A stretch of 59,826 nucleotides of DNA. Origin: a virus. Its lineage: Duplodnaviria > Caudoviricetes. Of this stretch, positions 34,560-42,783 are shown one piece after another. The position numbers and the translations under genes were made by a program. Every line of letters starts with the position of its first letter. Position 1 is the first letter of the stretch. Under the pieces are notes generated by a model. That model saw only the letters and a list, made by a program, of their open reading frames with translations. It searched no databases and was not told the origin of the DNA. Location of the stretch: the IMG/VR virus record IMGVR_UViG_3300021197_000662, positions 1 through 59,826 of that record. One strand, 5' to 3'.

Positions 34560-35021
34560 ATGGCTACTACCACTTTTTCTGGTCCTATTAAGGCCGGAAC
34601 AATCAAGAACACTACAGGCACAACAGTTGGAACTGATATCGCAAATGTCGGTCAAGTTGTTATGGCCCAAACATTTTCAGCAGACTTGTCAGGTGGCGCT
34701 CTAGCTGCTCAGGTCACTGACGTTGTTATCCCTGCAAATTCTCAAATTATTGACTGTGTGATTGACATCATTACAGCCGCAAATGCTTCAACCAACCTTA
34801 GTGTTGGCGATACCGCAGGTGGAGCAGCTACAATTCTGAACACCTTTGCATCTGGAACAGACGCTGGACGTAAGTACCCAACAACACAAGCTGGCGCTGC
34901 ATTGGCTTGGCAAGACACTGGCACATCAGACATTCGTTTGACTGTGACCGCGTCTGCTGCCACAAACGCAGGCCTTGTTCGCTTTACAATCCTGTATCAG
35001 CAAAACAATAACCTTGCTTAA
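34560..35021 (+). CDS. Virion structural protein
   Basis: MATTTFSGPIKAG start; A/T/G-rich beta protein. Confidence 0.7.
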   Translation: MATTTFSGPIKAGTIKNTTGTTVGTDIANVGQVVMAQTFSADLSGGALAAQVTDVVIPANSQIIDCVIDIITAANASTNLSVGDTAGGAATILNTFASGTDAGRKYPTTQAGAALAWQDTGTSDIRLTVTASAATNAGLVRFTILYQQNNNLA

Positions 35022-35033
35022 TAGGAGGTTATT

Positions 35034-35318
35034 ATGGCTGATGGTGATGTAAAGGCGTATAACTTTAATACAGGTGACACCCCTGCTTTAGTTGGCACAT
35101 CTAGGGCTAGGATTAAAAACATCTTAGTTTACGGAACCAATGTTACTGCTTTGACCTTGAAGAATGGAACCTCTACTGGAACCACTCTTCTTGATATTAC
35201 CGTTGCCGCAGGATGGAACGAAGTGTTCCTTCCTGACGATGGTATCTTAGCAAAAGACGGTGTTTTCTTTGCTGCCCTGACTGGCAGTGGAAGTAAGGTA
35301 ACTCTTCTTTTAGCTTAA
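35034..35318 (+). CDS. Small structural protein
   Basis: SD AGGAGG; beta-rich. Confidence 0.65.
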   Translation: MADGDVKAYNFNTGDTPALVGTSRARIKNILVYGTNVTALTLKNGTSTGTTLLDITVAAGWNEVFLPDDGILAKDGVFFAALTGSGSKVTLLLA

Positions 35319-35334
35319 ATTAGGAGATGTTTCT

Positions 35335-35625
35335 GTGCCTAGAAAAAAAGAAACGCCTATAAAAACGTCTGTTAAATCAGGTAATTTCCGCGCTACTAAA
35401 AAGGGCGCGGGAATGACCTCTAAGGGCGTCAAAGCTTACAGAGCTAAAAACCCCGGTAGCAAGCTCAAGACGGCAGTGACAGGCAAGGTAAAGCCCGGTA
35501 GCGCATCAGCTAAGCGGCGTAAGTCTTTCTGTGCGCGTTCTGCCGGTCAGATGAAGAAGTTTCCTAAAGCAGCAGCTAATCCTAATAGCCGTCTAAGGCA
35601 AGCCCGTAAAAGGTGGAAGTGCTAA
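35335..35625 (+). CDS. Basic protein (DUF6321-like)
   Basis: GMTSKG...RRKSFCARS.GQMK...RWKC. Confidence 0.7.
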   Translation: MPRKKETPIKTSVKSGNFRATKKGAGMTSKGVKAYRAKNPGSKLKTAVTGKVKPGSASAKRRKSFCARSAGQMKKFPKAAANPNSRLRQARKRWKC

Positions 35626-35825
35626 TGACTGAAGCGGTTGAAGTTACTCTAGCTAGGTTGGAAGAGCGTATAAAGACTCTTTCCAGTGAGGTTAGGCATG
35701 TCCATGAAGAGGTTTCCGATCTAAAGGCTCAAGCCAATAGATGGAAAGGTGCTTTCTGGGTAATCATAGGGTTAGGCGGTGCTGTAGGCGCACTAGCCCA
35801 TTTATTTATTGGGTGGATAAAATGA
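35625..35825 (+). CDS. Coiled-coil plus C-terminal TM protein
   Basis: LARLEERIK...WKGAFWVIIGLGG. Confidence 0.65.
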   Translation: MTEAVEVTLARLEERIKTLSSEVRHVHEEVSDLKAQANRWKGAFWVIIGLGGAVGALAHLFIGWIK

Positions 35826-36205
35826 CTATATCCAGAACCAGCATGGGCAGCCAAATGAAAGGAAGTAAGATGAAAAAGAAGGTTAAAAAAATGATCGGAG
35901 GCGGAGAGCTTCTTGGATCAGTAAGCCCCTTAGCAGGAGCAATGACCGGTAAGGGCATGATTGGTCGTGCTGTAGGCAAGGGCTTAAAAAACGTAAGCCC
36001 CTTAGCAATGATGATTGAGGCTGGCAAAAAGAAAAATAAATCTGGGAAAGCCGCTCCTGCATCAGGGCAGTCACAGGCTGGCTCTGGCATGGGGGCTACA
36101 CCAATGCAGGGTATGACGCCTATGAAAAAAGGTGGCGCTATGAAAAAGTCATACTCAATAGACGGGTGTGCTGCGAAAGGTAAGACTAGAGCTAGAAGGA
36201 AGTAG
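35822..36205 (+). CDS. Basic K/G/M-rich protein
   Basis: MTISRTSMG start; MKKGG; IDGCAAKGKTR end. Confidence 0.65.
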   Translation: MTISRTSMGSQMKGSKMKKKVKKMIGGGELLGSVSPLAGAMTGKGMIGRAVGKGLKNVSPLAMMIEAGKKKNKSGKAAPASGQSQAGSGMGATPMQGMTPMKKGGAMKKSYSIDGCAAKGKTRARRK

Positions 36206-36207
36206 TC

Positions 36208-36357
36208 ATGGAATCAAAGATCGTAAGCGCTCCAAAAGGTTTCCATTGGATGAAATCCAAAAGTGGGTATAAGCTAATGAAGAATGGCTCAGGGTTTAAG
36301 CCTCATAAGGGCGGATCTTTGAAAGCCAAGTTTCCTATTCAAAAGGCTCACAAATGA
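36208..36357 (+). CDS. Small basic protein (49 aa, not in ORF track)
   Basis: MESKIVSAPKGFHWMKSKSGYKLMKNGSGFKPHKGGSLKAKFPIQKAHK*; ATGA coupling. Confidence 0.65.
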   Translation: MESKIVSAPKGFHWMKSKSGYKLMKNGSGFKPHKGGSLKAKFPIQKAHK

Positions 36358-36611
36358 CACGCAATTACAAATCAGAGTACAAGAAGTATCAGTCCTCTGA
36401 GAAGCAAAAGACAAGAAGGGCTGGCAGAAACACGGCAAGGAATAAAATGACCGCTGCTGGCAAGGTAAAAAAGGGTGACGGAAAAGATGTGGCCCACAAG
36501 AACGGCAACCCAACAGACAACCGCCGTTCTAACCTAAAGGCTGTGTCTGCTGCAAAGAACAGATCATTCAGGCGCACCTCTACTGCGCGTAAGGTAAACA
36601 GGAGAGCGTAA
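36354..36611 (+). CDS. Small HNH endonuclease-like protein
   Basis: GDGKDVAHKNGNPTDNRRSNL...NRS. Confidence 0.7.
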   Translation: MTRNYKSEYKKYQSSEKQKTRRAGRNTARNKMTAAGKVKKGDGKDVAHKNGNPTDNRRSNLKAVSAAKNRSFRRTSTARKVNRRA

Positions 36612-37273
36612 TGAGAGCAGCAAAGATGATGTGCGGTCAGCGTAAAAAGCCAATCGCTATGAAAAAGGGCGGTAACCCTGTTGCTAAGACGTTAAGAAGT
36701 CCATCACTAAAACCAAAGGTGGTAAAGCCTAAAAAAGGAAAGGGGTCTTACAATAGAAAGGCCCCTTCAGTTAAGGCAATGAAGGATGGGGGTAAAACTG
36801 TCAAATCAAAAAAAGTAAAAACACCAAAGGGTACTCCTAGCTTTAACATTGCAAAAACGTTTATGGGTAAGAAGCCTGTTAGTTACTCAAAAGCCAGAGC
36901 ATACGATACTGGTGGAGAATTACAGAAGATGAAGTCTGGGGGAGAAGCAATAAGATCTTCAGGAAAGAACATGCTTGAGGGGATTCGCTCTAGAACTCCG
37001 AAGACTGGAGAAAAAGCAAAAGCTAGAATGGAGTCACAAAAAAAGTATGTTGAGGAGCAAAACAAAAAACCTCCAAGAAGCATGAAGTCTGGAGGCAAAG
37101 CAAAGTCTACAGTGAATAAGGCTGGAAACTACACCAAGCCCACAATGCGTAAAAAAATATTTAACAGAATCAAAGCTGGCGGTAAGGGTGGCGCTCCGGG
37201 TCAGTGGAGTGCGCGTAAGGCTCAAATGGTAGCCTCTGCTTACAAGAAGGCTGGTGGAGGATATAGAGACTAA
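36611..37273 (+). CDS. Basic protein with MKxGG repeats and a DUF5872-like N-half at its C-terminus
   Basis: NYTKPTMRKK...GQWSARKAQ...YKKAGGGY. Confidence 0.7.
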   Translation: MRAAKMMCGQRKKPIAMKKGGNPVAKTLRSPSLKPKVVKPKKGKGSYNRKAPSVKAMKDGGKTVKSKKVKTPKGTPSFNIAKTFMGKKPVSYSKARAYDTGGELQKMKSGGEAIRSSGKNMLEGIRSRTPKTGEKAKARMESQKKYVEEQNKKPPRSMKSGGKAKSTVNKAGNYTKPTMRKKIFNRIKAGGKGGAPGQWSARKAQMVASAYKKAGGGYRD

Positions 37274-38352
37274 TGCCGCCAAGGAATCACAAAAGCTGGA
37301 TGCTAGAGCCTAGTGTAGAGTATATAAATTCACTTATATATTCTGATCATGGTTTGTATGAGCAAGAGATTGAAAACATCTTTTCCAAGGTGTGGGTTCC
37401 TATGTGCCATAAATCTGAATTATCAGAGGCAGGTAATTTTAGAACTACTTCTATTGCGGGAAAACTTGTAATAGCTATAAACAATGGCGATTACATTCAA
37501 GGGTATATTAACACAGATAAACAAACTGCACCTTCTGGGTCAATGTCTCGTGTTGAATTTTTAATGGAAGACTTTGTAAAACTTCATACTGAAGTGAAAC
37601 ACGGCGGTATGGTCTGGGTTACACTAGACCCCAACCCAACTCAGAGTGTAGATGAGTGGACGGGTGGTGCATTCGACTGTATTGCGGATGCTATCGACAC
37701 TGAAGAGATGGAAGTCTTTCACTACCACAAGGCAGTCATCGACACTAACTACAAGCTGTGGCACGATACCAACAGCGAGTTCTACCACGATTTCATGCAC
37801 TACTTTAATCGTGTGTCAGGGTTTAACGATGAATACTTTGCCAGAAAAAATATACCGTTTGATAACGGTCACGTTAACGTCAGTAGCTTCACGGTTAACT
37901 ACGAGGAGTACGATGGCTTTGAGGATAGGGGAGAGCTTAGTTTCCCTAACCTCCCTCCCAATCAGTGGTACATGGTTGATCTGTTTCCCGGATTTAATTT
38001 TAATCTTCGTGGCAGCGCTTATAGAAGCGATAGCGTTACGCCTCTTGGCCCAAACAAAGTCCTCATTGAGTTTCGTGGGTACGGCCTTAAAAAGGACACT
38101 CCAGAGGAGCGTCAGACTCGCATAAAGCATCACAACAGTATATGGGGTCCTTTTGGTCGCAATCTTCACGAAGATCTAATTGGAGTATCTGGCCAAGGCA
38201 CAACAATGCGTACTGGTACAGAGCCTCGCAACATATTGCATGGAAGGCATGAAAACGGAACGATACACGATGAAGTTGGAATGCGTCATTATTATGCAGA
38301 GTGGAGCAAGTGGATGGGGGTAGAAGCAAGCAATCCTGTCTTAGCGGCCTAA
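37273..38352 (+). CDS. msmA: Methanesulfonate monooxygenase hydroxylase alpha subunit, lacking Rieske ligands (auxiliary metabolic gene)
   Basis: EVFHYHKA...NYKLWHDTNSEFYHD..H, SFPNLPPNQWYMVDLFPG, WGPFGRNLHED and TIHDE.GMRHYY match MsmA as recalled; no CxH/CxxH. Confidence 0.85.
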   Translation: MPPRNHKSWMLEPSVEYINSLIYSDHGLYEQEIENIFSKVWVPMCHKSELSEAGNFRTTSIAGKLVIAINNGDYIQGYINTDKQTAPSGSMSRVEFLMEDFVKLHTEVKHGGMVWVTLDPNPTQSVDEWTGGAFDCIADAIDTEEMEVFHYHKAVIDTNYKLWHDTNSEFYHDFMHYFNRVSGFNDEYFARKNIPFDNGHVNVSSFTVNYEEYDGFEDRGELSFPNLPPNQWYMVDLFPGFNFNLRGSAYRSDSVTPLGPNKVLIEFRGYGLKKDTPEERQTRIKHHNSIWGPFGRNLHEDLIGVSGQGTTMRTGTEPRNILHGRHENGTIHDEVGMRHYYAEWSKWMGVEASNPVLAA

Positions 38353-38395
38353 ACAAAAAGAAGGGAGATCACCAGTATCTAAGTAAGGAATAAAA

Positions 38396-38872
38396 ATGAT
38401 TGCAGAAACCTTGGCAGGAATAGCGCTTGTAAAAAGTGCAGTAGACGGAATAAAGGGTGCTATAGGTACGGCCAATGATATTGGCGATATCGCTAGTCAA
38501 ATAGACTCATTGTTTGCAGGGCAGAAACAGGTAAATGAGGCTAGAAATAGGAAGTCTGGGGTTTCTTTAGTAGACCAGTTCGGCGTTGAGAACGTTGCTA
38601 GAGAAACTATAGACGCAAAGATAGCAGCTGAAAAGTTGCAAGAAGTAGCCACCATGGTTGACATGCGCTTCGGTCACGGCACTTGGCGTGGTATAGTGGA
38701 CGAAAGAGCCAGAAGAATAAAAGAAGCAAAGGCAGCCGTTGCCGCTAAACGTAAAGCCGATCTGTTAAGGCAGAACGAAATAATGGAAAACATTAAGATG
38801 GGTACTATTGTTTGTGTCTTAATAATGATCGCAGCCGGTCTTTTTATTACTGTGGTAGCGTCAGTTAGCTAG
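38396..38872 (+). CDS. Coiled-coil protein with C-terminal TM
   Basis: MIAETLAGIALVKSAVDGIK...; hydrophobic C-terminus. Confidence 0.7.
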   Translation: MIAETLAGIALVKSAVDGIKGAIGTANDIGDIASQIDSLFAGQKQVNEARNRKSGVSLVDQFGVENVARETIDAKIAAEKLQEVATMVDMRFGHGTWRGIVDERARRIKEAKAAVAAKRKADLLRQNEIMENIKMGTIVCVLIMIAAGLFITVVASVS

Positions 38873-38902
38873 AAAGTGCTATAATATGTACGGGGGTACA
38901 AC

Positions 38903-39163
38903 ATGCCGTTAAAGAGTTCGCAGAAGAGTCTGAAGTCGTGGACTAAGCAAAAATGGAGAACCAAGAGTGGCAAACCCTCCACGCAGGGATCTAAGGCAAC
39001 CGGAGAGAGGTATTTACCGGCATCAGCTATTAAAGCCCTCTCACCAAAGGAGTACGCGGCCACCACCGCTGCTAAAAGAAAAGGAACTAAGGCTGGTAAG
39101 CAGTTCGTCAAGCAGCCTAAAAAGGTACGAGCGAAAGTAAAGCCGCATAGGAAGGTCAAGTAA
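38903..39163 (+). CDS. Basic protein (DUF5872-like C-half)
   Basis: QKSLKSWTKQKWRTKSGK...TGERYLP...GKQFVKQP. Confidence 0.75.
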   Translation: MPLKSSQKSLKSWTKQKWRTKSGKPSTQGSKATGERYLPASAIKALSPKEYAATTAAKRKGTKAGKQFVKQPKKVRAKVKPHRKVK

Positions 39164-39840
39164 TGGCTGTAATAACACCTGATTTATCTGAGATATTTGA
39201 AGAAGCGTTTGAACGCGCTGGCCTTCAGCTGCAAACAGGATACGACCTAAAGACTGCGCGGCGCAGTTTAAACCTATTAACATTGGAATGGCAAAATCGT
39301 GGACTTAACCTCTGGACTATCGACTCTGGCACACAAGCTCTCACAGCAGGCACAGCGACTTATCAAATGCCTGCGGATACTATTGACCTCATTGAACATC
39401 AAGTTCGTACAGGCTCTGGGACAGAGCAAGTCGATACTAGCTTGGAGCGTATCAGCGTCTCAAGCTATGCTCAGCAAAGCGCTAAGAATTTGCAAGGACG
39501 GCCTTCACAAATCTTTGTTGATCGTCAAGCAACAGCTGTCAATGTTACTTTGTGGCCTGTGCCGGATTCTGTCTCGTATACTTTATCGTATTTCCGCTTA
39601 CGCGGAATCAATGGCGTCTCGTCTGGAATAGGAACGACCGCTGATGTGCCGCCAAGGTTTGTACCTTGTCTTGCGGCTGGTATGGCGTATTACATAGCCA
39701 TGAAGAAACCCGAAGTTGCGGCTCGTGTGGGACCGCTTAAACAAGAGTATGAGTTTCAGTTTGAGTTAGCTGCAAACGAGGACACAGACTCTTCACCAAT
39801 GAAGTTCGTGCCATACGACACGTTTTATTTAGGAGGCTAA
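39163..39840 (+). CDS. Head-to-tail adaptor/tail tubular protein A-like
   Basis: EEAFERAG...ARRSLNLL..EWQNRGLNLW...LWPVPD...DVPPRF. Confidence 0.7.
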   Translation: MAVITPDLSEIFEEAFERAGLQLQTGYDLKTARRSLNLLTLEWQNRGLNLWTIDSGTQALTAGTATYQMPADTIDLIEHQVRTGSGTEQVDTSLERISVSSYAQQSAKNLQGRPSQIFVDRQATAVNVTLWPVPDSVSYTLSYFRLRGINGVSSGIGTTADVPPRFVPCLAAGMAYYIAMKKPEVAARVGPLKQEYEFQFELAANEDTDSSPMKFVPYDTFYLGG

Positions 39841-39841
39841 T

Positions 39842-40918
39842 ATGCCTGTTAGAATTAAAAAGTTAAATCAAAAGGAAAAGATGCCTCTGCCGAAGTCGAA
39901 GCCTCGTCATGCAAATCCGAAGCATCCAATGAATACAGAGAAGACAAAGCCTTTGGGTAAAAAAGAAGGCGGGAAAATGCCTAAGCCAAAATCCATAAGC
40001 AAGGCCATGAAAGAGGTGTATTCAAAAAAACTAGATTCTGAAAATTTTCTTGCTCCAAAAAAGGGAACCCTAAAAGACCCTGCTAAGAACAGCAAGGCAC
40101 TTCAAAGAAGGGCTTTTAACAAAACCTTAAAGGAAAACCCTCAAGCAGTGAAAAGGTTAAATAAAATGAATAAAAAGGCCGAAGGTGGTAAACTTAAAAT
40201 GGTAGAGAAGGGTGGAAAGAAAGTCCCATTCTTTGCCGCAGATGGAGTAGGTAAAATGATGGGTGGTGGAATGGCTAAGAAAAGCATGGGTTATGCTAAA
40301 GGTGGCTCAGTAAAGGTTGGAGAAAAGGGAGCGGCAAAAACCCTTTCTCAAATTGCAAAACAAAATGGCGTTACATTAAAGGCTTTGCTGGGCGCTAATC
40401 CAAGCATTAAAAATGCCAATAAGATCCGCTTGGGTCAATCTATTAAGCTTCCCACTAACATGGCGGGGTCTAAGTCTTCTAATCCATATGCGGGAATAAA
40501 GCGCGGTCAAATGGCTGACATGGATGTTAAGAACAAGTCAGAAAAGCGTCAACGTACAGCGACTCGCTCAATGCAGAGTCAAGTTAAGCAAGGCGGCAGC
40601 AATATGACGCCAACGCCAAGCAAGGCAGCGGCCACTAAAGAAAGCAAGTCAGGACGCGCAGCAATGCTGGCTAAGGCTCGTAAGTTGCGTGATAGCAAAC
40701 AAGCTGCAAAGCCCACTGGGAAAACATTAGCAAACACACCTAAATCAGGCGCTGCCAAGGTCGCTGAAACTCGCATGGCTAGGCTTGCTAACAAAAACAA
40801 AACAGCCCGTAGAATGGGTGGTGGCTCCATGAAAAAAGTACAGGGGTACAAATCTGGTGGAGTTGTTCGTGGCGCTGGCGCTGCAACAAAAGGAAAGAGA
40901 TACGGTAGAGCTGGCTAA
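39842..40918 (+). CDS. Highly basic protein with central LysM domain
   Basis: TLSQIAKQNGVTLKALLGANPSIKNANKIRLGQSIKLP; K-rich flanks. Confidence 0.75.
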   Translation: MPVRIKKLNQKEKMPLPKSKPRHANPKHPMNTEKTKPLGKKEGGKMPKPKSISKAMKEVYSKKLDSENFLAPKKGTLKDPAKNSKALQRRAFNKTLKENPQAVKRLNKMNKKAEGGKLKMVEKGGKKVPFFAADGVGKMMGGGMAKKSMGYAKGGSVKVGEKGAAKTLSQIAKQNGVTLKALLGANPSIKNANKIRLGQSIKLPTNMAGSKSSNPYAGIKRGQMADMDVKNKSEKRQRTATRSMQSQVKQGGSNMTPTPSKAAATKESKSGRAAMLAKARKLRDSKQAAKPTGKTLANTPKSGAAKVAETRMARLANKNKTARRMGGGSMKKVQGYKSGGVVRGAGAATKGKRYGRAG

Positions 40919-41667
40919 TGAGTTTTGCTAAGGGCAAATATGCGTTTGGGTACTGTGACAAGACAGGCTTTAGGTATGACCTAAAAGACCTTGTTGATGA
41001 GTTTAAGAACGGTGTCAAAACAGGAATGAGAGTCGGGATAGATGTGGTTGACCCAGATCATCCTCAAAACTTCTTGGGCCGTATGCGTATATTTGACCCA
41101 CAGTCTTTGCGTGATCCAAGGCCAGAACGGTTCAAGGAGTCTGTAACTATAACATTCCCAACGTTTGATGTTACGACATTGACTAGGGTTAATGTTGGGT
41201 TTGGCATTGGTAGGGCGGGCCAGCTTGTAGCTGATGGTACTGTTGGCCCTGTTGTTACAGTGACTCTTACAGGGGTTTCTGGAACAGGCGCTGTAGGCTC
41301 CTTAACACTGTCAACTGTGAATAACTACACAGTTACCGTTGCCTCTGGAACCAACTCATACGGAAGCGGAAACAAGTATTATGTTGCTGGCCTCTCAGGA
41401 GCCTCCCCAACTCTTACACTAAACGAAGGCTCTACATACAAGTTTGACCAGTCTGACAACAGTAATTCAAGTCATCCATTTAGGTTCTCCACAACAGCTA
41501 ATGGTACTCATGGAGGAGGATCACAGTACACAACCGGCGTAACAACAAGCGGTACTCCGGGTTCATCTGGGGCTTATACGCAGATCACAGTGGCTAGTGG
41601 AGCGCCTACACTGTATTATTACTGCACAAATCATAGCGGAATGGGTGGTCAGGCCAACACCCCGTAG
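40918..41667 (+). CDS. Structural protein with C-terminal cupredoxin-like domain
   Basis: N-terminal YCDKTGFRY...DHPQ...DPRPE; C-terminal HPFRF...LYYYCTNHSGMG. Confidence 0.7.
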   Translation: MSFAKGKYAFGYCDKTGFRYDLKDLVDEFKNGVKTGMRVGIDVVDPDHPQNFLGRMRIFDPQSLRDPRPERFKESVTITFPTFDVTTLTRVNVGFGIGRAGQLVADGTVGPVVTVTLTGVSGTGAVGSLTLSTVNNYTVTVASGTNSYGSGNKYYVAGLSGASPTLTLNEGSTYKFDQSDNSNSSHPFRFSTTANGTHGGGSQYTTGVTTSGTPGSSGAYTQITVASGAPTLYYYCTNHSGMGGQANTP

Positions 41668-41676
41668 GAGTATAAA

Positions 41677-42096
41677 ATGGCGATAAACACAGCACTGTGT
41701 ACAAGTTTCAAGAAAGAACTGTTTGAGGCGGTACACGACTTTACATCTGATACGTTCAAGATTGCTTTGTACAGCAGTAGCGCGTCACTAGATGCTGCTA
41801 CAACAGCATACAGCACATCAAATGAGATATCAGGAACTGGATACTCTGCGGGGGGAGTTACGCTAAGCGTTGTAGCGCCAAGCATAGACGGGACCACGGG
41901 CTTGGTTGATTTTGGTAATCCGTCTTGGTCAAACGCTACGTTCTCTACAAGTGGAGCATTAATATACAATTCCAGTAAATCGAACAAAGCTGTTGCCGTC
42001 TATTCATTTGGTTCAAACCAAAGCGTTAGTTCAGCGAACTTTAATATAACGATGCCAGCAGCGGCAGCGGGAACTGCGATAGTCAGGATTAACTAA
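41677..42096 (+). CDS. Virion structural protein
   Basis: CTSFKKEL...HDF...FKIALY...YSAGG. Confidence 0.7.
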   Translation: MAINTALCTSFKKELFEAVHDFTSDTFKIALYSSSASLDAATTAYSTSNEISGTGYSAGGVTLSVVAPSIDGTTGLVDFGNPSWSNATFSTSGALIYNSSKSNKAVAVYSFGSNQSVSSANFNITMPAAAAGTAIVRIN

Positions 42097-42773
42097 TGTC
42101 TTATACTTATGCCGAGTTAAAGCAAGCTATAAAAGACTTTACAGAGAATGACGAAACAGGGTTCGTAACTAACATCCCTGTCTTTATTCGTGCGGCAGAA
42201 GACAGAATAATAGTTAATGTTGATCTGGAGAACTTTCGCAAGAATGCCACATCAGCTCTTACTCAAGGTAATGAGTACCTATCAACACCCTCAGACTTCT
42301 TGGCTCCCTTTTCTTTGTTTGTCAGCACTGCTGGCAAGCAGGGGTTTCTTCTTGAGAAAGATGTAAACTTTATGAGAGAGGCGTACCCAGACAGGACCGT
42401 CACAGGAACCCCTAAATACTATGGTTTCTTTGATGCAACTGCGACAGCCGCAGCGGGTCAGGTTCAGGCAAACTTCATATTAGGTCCGACACCGGATCAA
42501 GCATACACTGTGGAGCTTCACTACTATTACCGTCCAGCAAGCCTGACCGCTGGCGCAGACAATGAATATACATGGCTTAGCAAAAACGCTACAAACGCCC
42601 TTCTTTACGGTTCTCTAATAGAAGCGTATATTTACATGAAGGGTGAGCAGGATGTTATATCCATGTATGATGGGCGCTTCCAAGAAAGCCTATCAAGGTT
42701 AAAAGACCTCGCGGAAGCAAGAGAAAACGATGACGCATACAGGCAGGGTCTACCCACTAGACCTCGCACATAA
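42096..42773 (+). CDS. Head-tail connector/tail tubular protein
   Basis: YAELKQAIKDF...GTPKYY...GPTPD..Y.VELHYYYRP...LLYGSLIEAY. Confidence 0.7.
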   Translation: MSYTYAELKQAIKDFTENDETGFVTNIPVFIRAAEDRIIVNVDLENFRKNATSALTQGNEYLSTPSDFLAPFSLFVSTAGKQGFLLEKDVNFMREAYPDRTVTGTPKYYGFFDATATAAAGQVQANFILGPTPDQAYTVELHYYYRPASLTAGADNEYTWLSKNATNALLYGSLIEAYIYMKGEQDVISMYDGRFQESLSRLKDLAEARENDDAYRQGLPTRPRT

Positions 42774-42783
42774 GGAGTAGAAG

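Noticed and set aside
37652-38125. 157-aa alternate-frame ORF inside msmA
   Set aside because: T/S/L-rich off-frame composition over a strongly conserved enzyme region.
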